A stretch of DNA of 64,000 nucleotides, taken from the NCBI RefSeq assembly GCF_009914755.1, contig NC_060932.1, one strand, 5' to 3'. A program made the translations under genes and the position numbers. Origin of the DNA: the human T2T-CHM13v2.0 reference genome, Homo sapiens. This document shows positions 43,840 through 55,765 of the stretch, piece by piece (within the stretch, counting starts at the first letter, position 1; each line of letters starts with the position of its first letter). The notes below the pieces were generated by a model. It did no database searches and was not told the origin of the DNA. It saw nothing but the letters and a program-made list of their open reading frames with translations.

Positions 43840-44940
43840 AACTCATTTATTCATTCATCTGCTTTTGACGAAGTGCCTCCTAAGTGCCAGGCACTGTGCT
43901 AGGCTCCAGGGTACAGAGATAAACTTCACAGCCTGGAAGCATATAATTGGACAACAATCAGTGAAATTAGCACTTTTAATGCTCTGATAGTGGAAAGCAC
44001 AGAGGACACCAAGCTCTGTTCGGAGAGTGGGGCAGGAAGGGCCAGTTTCTGCCAGTCTTGGGGGAGAAGGATAGTGGCGACAGTACCACACCCTGCTCAG
44101 AGCCAAGGAATGCTGATAAACAGAAGCTATGCCTGCCTGGGTGGACTTTGGAAGGTTAAGTAGAGGGAATAAAATATACACAGGTTAGGCCACTTAAAAG
44201 ACAAAGTACATTTCTCCAATCACATGTATTTCCATATGGCCAAAAAGAACCGTTTCTATGGGGAAGAAGTGAGAGATGATCAAAGAGAGGAGTGGGACCT
44301 TGCACATCATGCTAAGGAGTCTGGATTTTCTCCCAGAGAGCCTGGGATGCCACCGAAAGATATGATGTAAGGGTGTGACATGATCAGGTTTGTGCTTTAG
44401 AAAGAGGACTCCCATTGCAAGGAGGAGAGATGGAATTGTGGTTGGGAAGTCATCCAAGACTGAGGATGAGAGAAGAATCCATGCAGACGGTTGTTACAGT
44501 AATGATGGGTGCCGGGGGTAGGGGGTGGTCTGGGAGTGGAGCATGTTTAGAAGGTGGAATTTGCAGGTCTTGGAAATGATTCCATGATAGAGGTAAGAGG
44601 AAGGGAAGATAAAAGAAAAGGAGGGGGTAATCCTCAATTACTCATTTTGGTGACTGGGTGGATGACAATGACATTTGCTGAATAAAAATATTCAGTGTGA
44701 GAAGCAGATTTGCAAGGGAGAAATGACAGGCTCACTTTCAGAGCGGTTGAGTCTCCAGTGCTTGCGAGCTGCAAAAGAGAGGAAGCTGAGAAAGCAGCTC
44801 CAGGAAGTGGCTCCACAGCACAGGAGCGAGGCCTGGCAGGGACAGCCTGACATGTGGTTGGCAGGGGCCACCCAAAGCCCTAGGGGTAGATGCAATCTCC
44901 CTTAGAACTTTCGTAGAGTAGAAAGAGAAGCAGGCAAGGA
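43840..44940 (-). mobile_element. L2 remnant
   Basis: CATTTATTCATTCA...TGCCAGGCACTGTGCTAGG; CATGCTAAGGAGTCTGGATTTT; GACATGATCAG. Confidence 0.75.
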
Positions 44941-44990
44941 TTCAAGCAGGAAATATCCATAATGAATTAGAAAGATATTAGAAAGGTCCA

Positions 44991-46393
44991 CAACTGGACC
45001 ACAACTTTCTTAAGAGCAAGGACTGAGCCTGGGACCCTCATTTAAATAGCCACGTTCCTGGATCAGAGAGTGCTGGAGTCATAGCTTAATGACAATACAG
45101 GGTCTAAGAATACATTTAATAGAGAAAAAGAGAAGAGAGAAATCCTTTCTAATTAATTATGGCCATTTCCTGCGTAAATCCTTGTGGGCCCCCCACAGGA
45201 GAGTTAAACACCTCCAAGTCCAAAAAGAAAGACTCAGTCATGGGGCTGTGCCTGTACTGGCTACCTGGCTTCTGGAAGCTCTTAGGAGGGAAATGTTCAT
45301 CAGATGGGTTCTTTTGGGGCCTCTGCAGTCATCATCGTCCTCTCAGCAGAGCTACTGCAGGCTCATTGCTACCCCAGGGTTCCATGACCAAATGTGATGC
45401 AGGCTATCTTAGACAGAGCCTCCATTTACTTCCCATGTTAGGAGTAGGCAGTGCTCCAGTGCTGAGAAATGAACACTTCCTTTTACCTGACAGCATCCCC
45501 GTGACCCAGACCTGCTCTCCAGTTCACCTTTGTATCCTGCCTAGATCCCTGTACCAAGTTCCTGTTCTGATACACTATCTTTTCCTTGTGTGTTTCTTAG
45601 GATTCCAGTTAGCCTTTGCATGCCACTCAGTCCTAGCCCTGGGGGAGAAGACTAGTGGCTAGGGTGCCACACTCTGCAAGCAACTCAGGAGGGTATTTGA
45701 GGCTGACTGCCTGCAGGTTGGTTATCTGGGTTTCATCCCTCCTGGAAGTGTGTTCCTAAGCTTCATCCTTTTGCGAGAATGCCTTGATGCAGTCTGCACA
45801 CTGGCTTGCCGGTGAGGTTGAAACCCTGTTCCCACCAACAGAATCCAGGGGCCAGTGGCCAGGCTTTTTTCTGTCTGCCCCAATTGTAATTAATCTGTCC
45901 CACCTCTGCCCTGGCTCCAATACTTGGCTATGATATTAGATATCCATCTGCCTCTCATGCCTACAGACTTTTGCCTCTGTCCATCCAGAGCTGACCAGTT
46001 CCCACTGCACTTTCTTGATACACAGCAGTCACTTAATAAGGCTGCTTGGTGGCAATGAAGGATACAATGGGGGGCCAGTGACCTTGCTGAGGGACTGGCT
46101 CAGTTGGAGGCAGGACCATGAAACTGGGCTTTCCTGCTCCACTTTCTTTCTCCCTTGATTCCTGCCTTCTGCCAATCCTCTTAAAACAGCAAAAACCCTA
46201 TTCTTTCTTCTCTTTTTCTCTAATAAATGTGTTCTTAGACACAATAAATGGGTTCTTAGAACTCTTAAGGTTCTTAAACAACCTTAACGTTGTTATTAAG
46301 TTGTGACTCGAGCACTCTCTGATCCAGGAACGTGGCTACTTAAGTGAGGATCCTGGCTCAGTCCTTCCTCTAGAGAAAGTTGTGGTCCAGTTG
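44991..46393. repeat. Long inverted repeat (arms 44991-45141 and 46201-46393, 1059 bp spacer)
   Basis: Manual alignment 130/145 identities, including a perfect 28 bp core TAGCCACGTTCCTGGATCAGAGAGTGCT. Confidence 0.93.
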
Positions 46394-47469
46394 GGAGAAG
46401 GGTTCCCAGGTCACCCAAGCAGTCGGCAGAAGAGCCAATGCCTGTCTCTAAGCCGTGTATGTTCAGCTCCCTCACTGAAGACCTCTCAAGGGAAGGAAAG
46501 CCAACAGCCATTCATCGAGCATTTATTGTGAGTACCAGACCCTGCACAGGAGTTTGAACTAGGAGTGGCTCTCAGTTAATCTTCATCACAAGTTTACGAA
46601 GTCCAAACGCCCATTTCACAGGTGAGGAAAGAGCATGAGAAGAGACGAAGACACAGGAAATGGGGATGGGGACATGGGGAATAGTAACAGCTTAGTCTGG
46701 CAAGTGTTAGTGGGGTAGCCCTGGATCTTGGGAACATGCCTCCCTCTTTTGTCCTTGACTTTCTCATCTGAGTATGAGAGAGCTGGACTTAATGACCTCT
46801 GAGTTCTATTCCAGTTCTTTTTCACTCTCAGAGTAATGCATGATCCCCAGGAAAGTCCCCTCCACTGGAGGAGGATGTCCAAAACATTCCTGTTGGACCA
46901 CAGTTCTCTCTGGGGAAGCAACCTGGGCTTCACTTTCCCGTGGCTGCCCAGTCTCACCCACAACATGGCAGCACCAAGATTTTAAGACAGGGTCCTGTGG
47001 GACTTGCAACAAAGCACCAGATGAGAGATTCAGCCTGCATACATCCTAGGAGATTTGCCTGGGCTGCATGCTCCAGGTTTTGGGCTAGGACAGGGGAGAA
47101 GGTGAAACTAAGGGCGGGTTTGGAAGGAGGAGTCAAACCACAAAGAAAATCCTACAGGCTTTCTTCTGGGAATGTTCTCTGTGGTCTGGGAGTACAGGCA
47201 GTTCTAGAGTCTTCCCAAGAGAAAACATACTTGTTATCCCCCTTTCAAGAAAGCAAAGACATGCACCTTCAGAATTCACAGATCTTGTTGTCTTTTTGCC
47301 CCCCAGTGGAATCCAGGCGATCCCCTGCGATGATTCTCAAGCTCTAATTTGAGCAGCTGGACCTCTTGAACTCTGGTATGTGGAAGTGGAGCTGCTTGCC
47401 AGCCTTTAGAGAAGGGTGCAGCAGAGATTCGCCCTCCCTCAGTTCACACCCACTTTGTTCCAGGGTGGG

Positions 47470-47960
47470 GCGTCCATTGCAAACGACAAAACCAACAAGA
47501 CAAAATACAATCACGGGCAGTACAACTCAACTCGCTCAAACAACCAGGAATTTTACAATCTCACAGCATGGAAAATCCAAAGACAGGTGGCTCTGTTGAC
47601 TTCACGTCCTCACAGGATGAGGCTGTTCTTTGTTTTGTTTCTGATGCTCTGCCACATTCAGAATGTTCAAGATGAGGGTAACTTCTCCAGGTCTCTCCCA
47701 TCGGGGTCACAAGACAGCTGCCATTCACTGAGAAAGACATGGAGTCGTTCATTCTTGCCATCTTTTTAAAAAACAGAACTTCCCCGGGAGCTCTCCAACC
47801 CCTGCAGCCCTCATCGGCCCGGGATGCTTGACACACACAAGTTATGCCTTGCCAAAACCCATCGTCTGCACTCAGGACAGGGTACGGCTGTGCAGCCCTG
47901 AATGAGATAACTAAGTGGAGAATGGTGGATGTCTAAACTCAGTGCAGGCTCAGTTAGGAA
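47470..47960 (-). mobile_element. Old MaLR (MLT1J-N type) remnant
   Basis: Degenerate TTGCAAACGACAAAACC...CTCACAGCATGGAAAATCCAAAG and CACAAGACAGCTGCC motifs. Confidence 0.4.
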
Positions 47961-49027
47961 AGGAGAAGGCTTTCCTGCCCAGGATCTGGTACTCACAATA
48001 AATGCTCGATGAATGGCTGTTGGCTCTCCTTCCCTTGAGAGGTCTTCAGTGAGGGAGACGAACATACGTGGCTTAGAGGCAGGAAAGGGTGTGAATTGCA
48101 CAGACAAATGGCATCATGCGCTAAAGAGGGCCCAGCTTCCCTAGGCCCGGCGGACTTGGCTTCTCACCTGGCTCTCCAACTAACTGGTGCTCATCTGCTT
48201 GGCTTTCCACCAACCAATTGCCTTTTTTCTCTTTCATCCAGCCAGCCTCGGGACAAAATCCAAATGTTGGTCAAAGTCCTTTTTCTCCCAGGTAGGGAGA
48301 CTGTGAGCCTGGGCTCCAGCCAGAGAGGATGTGCTGCTGTCCAGGGCCCACAGGAAGGCTGCACGGTTCATGCATCCTGGTGTCCCCATGAGAATGCATC
48401 TCATTGCCCAGGTGCTCAAGGCTGCCAGGCTGGAGGAGTGCACATGATGGTGAAGACGACCTTGGTCACTGGAGCTTTCCACATGTGGACACTATGCATA
48501 TAGTATCATGCGTTCCTCCATTCTAGCTGTGTGACTTTGGGCAAGTAACTGAGTATCTCCACTACCTCAATTTCCTTATAAATATATATAATGTGTGTAT
48601 ATATATATGTGTGTGTATGTGTGTATAATTTATGTAACTATGTATATAATAGTAGCAACCTCATAGGAGCATGTAAGAATTATCTGGGTTCCTACATGTA
48701 AAACTGTCAGCACAGAGTAAGTTCTCAAGAAATGGGAGCTCGTCACCATCACCGCCCTTGTCATCAACATCATCACGGTTATACAGAAGACATTCATCAC
48801 AGTCTCACGATGCCAAAGCAGGCTGCCTTCAAGTGAAGAGTCTAGAATGGCAGACTCCCAGTAAGCTTCACCACCGAGGCCTCAGACACTGCTGACCTCC
48901 TGGGGATAGAGGGGATGGACTCAGGCTCTGACCCTCCTTGCCCCAGAAGCTCCAATGGTGGGAGGAGGAACACCCCTGGAGCTGATAAACTGGGTGACTC
49001 CTCAGAGCCTTGCATCTTGTGGGCTCA

Positions 49028-49035
49028 TGACGTCA
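49028..49035. promoter_or_regulatory. Perfect palindromic CRE (CREB/ATF) site
   Basis: TGACGTCA with CpG intact; occupancy unknown. Confidence 0.4.
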
Positions 49036-50935
49036 ATCATGCTGCCCCACCCACAGCCCTTCCTCCCTCCCCACACCTGACATGCGTACAGACACTCCTC
49101 ATGACCCTCCCTTCTGCCCTTTGCACCCTTCCATTGCTCTACCCTCTCACGAGGCTGACTGTCGGTAGCTGCGCTGGAAGCAACCACAGGGCAAGGGAGG
49201 CATCTCTAGGCTATTTGCCTCCAGCTCCAGGAGCAGCCCTGGAAAGACAAGCGAGGGGGTGAGAGTGGGGGAGAGCTGATTCTTTGTACTTCCTCACACA
49301 GGAACATCAGGAAGCCCATATGGTGCTACCGTCTGGCTGAGTTTAGGGGCGGGAGAGCTGGGAGGACAGCGCAATGCCCCCTGCAGTGGCTCGGAAGGAA
49401 GAAGTCAGTGATGTGTGCGGGTTTGATAGGATGGCGCCATGTGTGTTCAACACACAGTCTGGGGCCACGGCCGGCACATTCTCCCTTAAAAATACCCTGC
49501 TTAGCTAAATTACCTCTGCTTTCTGAAAATGCAGCTCCTCCAGCTGGACTTTCTCTCTGTCCCTCCCTCTCTGCACACTCGTCTACCCTGCGTTCTCCGT
49601 ACTCTTCCCTCTGTTTCCACACACATCCATCCTCCTTCCCTTTTCCCTCCGTGTCTGGCTTTCCCTCCCTCTGGGCAATCCCACATTTTCTCTCCCAGAC
49701 ACCTCCCCTTGCTCTCCGTGGGGCCTCTTCTCCCTAGTGAAGCTCCTGTCAGCCCTGCTATCTGGGTTCACTCCAGCCCAGCCCAGCCTAGCTCAGGCCT
49801 ACTGGACCCAGCCCCCACTGCCCTCTTCAACTCCCCACCCTGGGGTCTTCCCTCTAGAAATCAGGTTCACCAGCATCGCATAGCCCATTGACTGCCACCA
49901 AACGCTCAGTGGAAGGAGTGATTGATAAGAGGCGCTGCACAGGGAGGTGAGGGCAACAAGGCTCAGCTCTGAGCCCAGAGGCCCCCTCCCCTCTGCAGGA
50001 TGTGAACGGAGCCAGGCAGAGAGCAGACGCGCGGACATGCGCATAGGCATTGCGGCAAGGAGGCTGGAAAAAATGGGGAGGGGGCACCCATAATACCACA
50101 CGGGAGCCCCAGAGGAGAGGACGGCTCCTGGGGTGCATGAGAGCAACCTGCTCACAAGGACAAGAACCCGGAACAGGGAACCAGCCTGGCAGGTGAAGAG
50201 GCTATGAGCGGTGATGGTTCTGGCCCGACAACAGTGGTGGTAGCAGTGAGAAGGTAGGGAGAGCACAGGCCAAGGGGAGATAAATAGCCCAGGTGTTAGA
50301 TTGAGGGTGACATCAGTGGGCAGAGGAGGCATGGCCACATTTTCCAGTCCAGGATTGGGAGGAAGCACCTGTGAGCTTGATATTTTTAGCATTTAAGACT
50401 TGAATACGTTAAATTCAGAGCAAAATGGTCAAGTCAGCCACATGTGCCCTTAGCAACCTCCTGTCCATCTTCTGCAGCTTCAGCCTTGCCCTGAGGGAAG
50501 TGTGGGTCATATCACCTGGGAGAGGGGAATACAAGGAGCCTTAAAGGGCCCCCAGTCCTGCAAGACAAAAGAGCTATATGCCATCCACTGCAGGAACAGG
50601 AACTTAAGAGAAAATGGCATCTTCCAGGGAAGTCACAAGGGCTACAAAAGCAGAGTCCTGTTGCAGGAGAGGGTAGCCAGCCAGCCCTGGGGACCATGAC
50701 TAGGAAACAGTTTTATTTTTCTAACAAATGTCCCTCCACACTTCTCTCTCAGAGCCCCGACTCTCTCACTGGGCAGCAGCTTCCTGAATGGCATCTTGGC
50801 CTAATTCCATCACCTACCAGCCACTTTCATTTATTAGAACAGTATCACAGTGGTCCTTAAGACTTGGTCTTGTTCATTTTAAAACTTCAATCTCAAACTC
50901 AGATCAAAGCTCCCCTCCTGTGGCTATAGCAGCCT

Positions 50936-50936
<1 letters not shown>

Positions 50937-50998
<62 letters not shown>
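50937..50998. repeat. (GT)31 perfect microsatellite
   Basis: Directly visible. Confidence 0.97.
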
Positions 50999-51000
<2 letters not shown>

Positions 51001-51014
51001 GGGATGAAGAGGAT

Positions 51015-51221
51015 TGTGTTGCTAGATTTTGCAAATAAAAATATAGGGTGCCTGGTGAAATTTGAATTTCTGATGAATATTGAATATTGAATGAAAATAT
51101 CCAAATGCATTTTTAGGGTATTTCCTAGGCAATATTTAGGACATATTTATGCTGAAACATATTCATTGTTATCTGAAATTCACCTTGAACTGGGCATCCT
51201 GTATTTTACCCGGGGACCCTG
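51015..51221. mobile_element. MER53 (palindromic hAT MITE)
   Basis: GCAAATAAAAATATAGG...AAATTTGAATTTC...ATCTGAAATTCA...AACTGGGCATCCTGTATTTTA. Confidence 0.85.
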
Positions 51222-52928
51222 GGGTGAGACTCCAGGGCATCCCTGGACATCCCTGCCTGTTCTCAGCCCCAGGGATGGCCTCAGCAGAGACACACCCAGC
51301 TGGCAGGCATCCTTCAGGGGCTGCCCTTGAGTCTCCGGCTATCACCCACCTCCCTCTGTGCAGCGGGCATCACCATGCCAGCTCCCAGGGGGTACACACT
51401 GTGGTGCCGTGGACCCAGCTCCACTGCCCCATTCCCCCAGGGGGAGGCTTCAGTTCTGCTCAAGCTCTGCCATCCCCTCTCACCTCCTGCTGCCAAATCT
51501 CTGCTGCTAGATCTCTGCTGCTGACCCCACCTGTCTAGGGTGGGGAACTCCAGAGACTCCATCATCCTTATCAGTTGGGGAAACCACAGGCCATCTCTCT
51601 CTCATGCTGTTTCTGCCTGTTTGTGTCACAAAGGGACAGATCAGCCAGCCTGCAGGATAGGCAGACACTGGCTGGGCACACAATGCCTGTCTTGCCTCTT
51701 CGTAGAAACCCTGGTCTATATGAGTGACTCTCTCACAGCTTCCCTCTCTCATCATAGAGGAAAAAAATCATTTTCCTCTTCCCCAGTCAACTTCCCTTCT
51801 CACCGTCTTCCCCTTGCATGAACTAGGGAGGCAGAGGTGGGCACAGTGGAGGCATCAGTTCCAGCTCCACGGTAAGCCCTGCGCGATTCTGCTGGCCCAG
51901 CTGCAGGGACTCCCTGCACCTAGAAGGTGGGGAACTTAGTGTTCTCTGTGCTGAGATTTGGGCCTTAGTCCCCATTCCCGGACAGCAGGAGAATCCCACT
52001 TGACATCTTGTTGCCATCAATGTCATTCCTGTCTAAAGCCAGGAAGAGGAAGGAGGTGTGGCTCACAGGAGAAGTTGCAGGGCAGGGGGTCAGAGGGTCA
52101 GGGCTCTGGTGGTCATCAGCTGTTTGATGGGGAGGAGGATGCTCTCCCTTTCAGCCCTCAGTGTTACCTTCTGTTAGATGAAGGACTGGCCTGGGTTTTC
52201 TCTTCCAGCACTTGTCCTGTGTTACTGTAATTGCAGAAGTGGGGCAGGAAGAGAAGGCCAAGGGGACCCTTCTCAGTCAGGACATAGAAATTGAAGGGTC
52301 AAAAATCATATCCTCACTTCCAGTAACCATCCTTCCCTGAGAAGAGGCCATCATTACCCTCTCCACACATCATCCTTCTAACTTTTGTGCACCCAGGAAA
52401 TGGGAACAGAGAGGAGTGGGGTCAAAGGAGAGAGAGCAGAGGGCTGAGCCCCCAGGACGGGTAGGCAGAGACCAAAGCGCCTTAAGCTGGGGGCAGCAGA
52501 CTTCACCCCACCAGCAGAGCCGAGCACCTAATGTGTGGTAGACTTTTCACTTATATTCTATGAAGTAGGAAAATAATTTGCAAGCTCCTGGTTAATCCTC
52601 ACCATTGCCATGTGAGGTGATATTATCCATTTCTACAGCAAAGAAACTGGTATGTGTTTACCTCAAAGTGCATATCATTTTGGTTCCAAGGCACACTTTT
52701 TCACCTTTTATAACATTTTTTTCCTCCTACTCCATCCTTTAGGGAAGAAACCAGGCATTATTTAATCAATGATCTATATTACAGTGAGGCTCCAGACTAT
52801 CTGCCTGCCTACAAAGACTGTGCTATTTCGATATCACTATATGGCATTGCCATTGCCTCCATCAGCACAGAGTAAAGGTGAAGGTAGGTGTGCCCTCTCA
52901 ACTCAGGGCTCCTCCCAATCATGGCTCC

Positions 52929-53290
52929 TGCTGTGAACTGAATGTCTGTCCCTATAAAATTCATATGTTGAAATCCCAGCCCCCAAGGAGATGTTATTAG
53001 GAGAGAGGGCCTTTGGGAGGTCATTAGGCCATGAGGGTGGAGCCCTCATAAATGATATTAGTGTCCTTATAAAAAAGACCCCAGAGAGCTCCCTTGCCAT
53101 TTTGGCCATATGAGGACTCACCAAGAAGGCACTGACTATGAAGCAGAAAGTGGATCTTCATGAGACATGGAATCTGCCGGTGCCTTCACCTTGGACTTCC
53201 CAACCTTCAGAACTGTGAGAAATACATTCCTATTGTTTGTAAGCCACCCAGTCTATGGCATGTGTTATAACAGCATAAAAAGACTAAACA
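52929..53290 (+). mobile_element. MLT1A0 solo LTR, full length
   Basis: TG...CA termini with perfect 5 bp TSD GCTCC (52924-28, 53291-95). Confidence 0.92.
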
Positions 53291-53530
53291 GCTCCTGAGC
53301 AGACAGCCTCAGATGACCCAGGCCTGGCATTTAGCCAGCAGCCGCCAGAACTTCTCCATCTTTTCTTTTTAAAGACTAGTGTTTATTCTGATGGGTGGAT
53401 ATCCATGCTGAGCCAATTGTTAAATATTGTCATCATAATCCATGGCCCTACCATCTGTGCCAAGGTCTCACCAGCAGGTTAATGCATAAAATGAGCCCTG
53501 TTAAGCACATGGAACTGTGCTAGGCCCTGA

Positions 53531-53808
53531 TCTGAAGGCTGAGGAGTCCAAGATTAAAGCACCAGCTTATCCTGGGGCTGGAGAGGGCTCATTTCTCATA
53601 GACGGCACCTTCTGACTGCTTCCGCACATGATAGAAGAGGTCAACAGGATCCCTGAGTTCTCTTTTATAAGGGCTCTAATCCCATTCCTGAGGGTTCCAC
53701 CTTCACTACTTGTTACCTCCTAAAGTCTCTACCTCTCAATAACATCCCATTAAAAATTAGGTTTCATTATAAGAATATTGGAAAGACATAAACATTCAGG
53801 GCATAGCA
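53531..53808 (-). mobile_element. MLT1A-type LTR, partial, antisense
   Basis: TCTTTTATAAGGGCTCTAATCCCATT...ACATAAACATTCAGGGCATAGCA. Confidence 0.85.
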
Positions 53809-54470
53809 ATAGGAAGCTGATCTGAGACCAAGTGCCTCAATATGAGATGATGCCTCCAAGCTCATTTCCATTTCTTTAGAATAAATAAAAACCAACAAGC
53901 CTTTTTCCCCCGAGGGCTTGCAATGTACTAGGTGTTTTTAATACATTTCATCTAATTTAATCATCAATATTAACTCAGCATAGATTAAGTGTCCAATAAT
54001 GTAGGAGAATCAGAGGACTGAGAAAAGTCCAGGGCGTGGATTTTGCTGTCAAGGAACACCCAGCTGTAATGATTCGAAACTAGATGTGCCTTGCAGAAGT
54101 GAGAAAAGGCTTGGTTTTACAATCATACAGACCTGAGCTCACATCTCAGCCTTGCCACTCACCACCTGAGCTCAGACAAGTCCCAACTTGAGTCTCAGCT
54201 ACCCTATCTATAAAAATAAAACAAACAAAAAAAACAGAAAAAAACAAAAAAACAGACCCTGAGATCTATCTTGGAGGGTGGTTGAGGGTTGAGTAAATTA
54301 AGATGCGTTGAAGTACCTAGCACAGCATCTCACATAGCAGATGTGTCATCATCATTAGCTGGGTTGCAGTTTCTTTTCTTTTTTTTCTTATATGAATTTA
54401 TTTCATTTGATAGGATTTTTATCCCATCTATGATGACAAATATTTTTCAACAGCCTTTTACTGTATCTTT

Positions 54471-54753
<283 letters not shown>

Positions 54754-54764
54754 CTGTATGTTTT

Positions 54765-55345
54765 TAAAATAAACGTTTTATTTTAGAATGGTTTTAGACT
54801 TACAAAAATATTGGAAAAACAATACAGAACTCCCATTTACTCCACACCCAGTTTCCCCTATTATTAAAATCTTATAGTCCATTAATCATAACTAGTGAAC
54901 CAATATTGATACATTATTACTAACCAAAGTCCACCATTAATTCAGATTTCATTAGTTTTTACCTAATGTCCTGGTTTTTCTGGTATTACCCCATCCAGGA
55001 CACCACATTACACTTAATCATCACATCTTCTTAGGCCTTTCTTGACTGTGACAATTTCTCAGACTTTCCTCGTTTTTGATGTTCTGAACAGTTTTGAGAA
55101 ATACTGGTCAGATATTTTCAAGAATGTTCTTCAACTGAAATTTTTCTAATGTTTTCTTCATGATCAGAGTGAGGGTATGAGTTTGGGGGTGGAAGATCAC
55201 AGCTGAAGAGCCATTCTTGGCACACCCTATCAAGGGTACACACAATTGATGTGTGTACCTTATCCCTCTCAGTGTTGACCTCGACGCAAGGCTGAGGAGT
55301 GTGGTCCAAGTTTCTCCACTGTCAAGCTACTCTTTTTCCTCCTTT
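54765..55345 (-). mobile_element. Old L1 3' UTR (L1MC3/L1MD-type)
   Basis: CCCAGTTTCCCCTATTATTAA...ATTGATACATTATTACTAAC...CCATCCAGGACACCACATTAC. Confidence 0.75.
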
Positions 55346-55654
55346 GTCGTTAGCCACATTTCCCCCATTTGCAGAAGACAGGACTTACCCAGATGAAACA
55401 AACAGCCAATAGTGTAAGATAATACATGTGGAAGTCTAAAGCAAGCAATAGGAAGCCACTAAATTCAAGGAGGAAAAGCTGGACAGAGTTAATGGGCTCT
55501 GACAAAGCCCCACTGGGGAAAGATGCCTTAAACTGGGGTAGTCATGGCAAGGTCAATAGTGTTTGGCGTGGAGGTTGGGAATGGGGAAAGCACCCTAGGT
55601 AAGGGGAATGGCAGGCGCAAAGGCAGGAGCATGAATGAGCATGCGCGTCTTGGG

Positions 55655-55684
55655 CCAGTCGGTGGCGGCGCCACCTCACTGTGG
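55655..55684. promoter_or_regulatory. Overlapping opposite-strand CTCF-like motifs
   Basis: CCAGTCGGTGGCGG (+) and CAGTGAGGTGGCGCC (-); local CpG cluster. Confidence 0.45.
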
Positions 55685-55765
55685 TTGGAGAAAGTGATCT
55701 GGGAATAGTCAAGGCTGCGTGGAGGCACTGTGTGATTCAGAAATATGAAGACGCATCCTCTTAAG

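Noticed and set aside
45159-45662. 167 aa ORF in the inverted-repeat spacer as a transposase or cargo gene
   Set aside because: No DDE or DNA-binding motif, too short, random composition
45092-46250. 40 bp TIR with an apparent 10 bp TSD (ACAATACAGG/ACAATAAATG), MULE-like
   Set aside because: The inverted homology extends ~100 bp beyond these points, and the right-hand copy is part of a local slippage duplication
49799-50392. 197 aa minus-strand ORF
   Set aside because: No recognisable homology; expected by chance in GC-rich DNA
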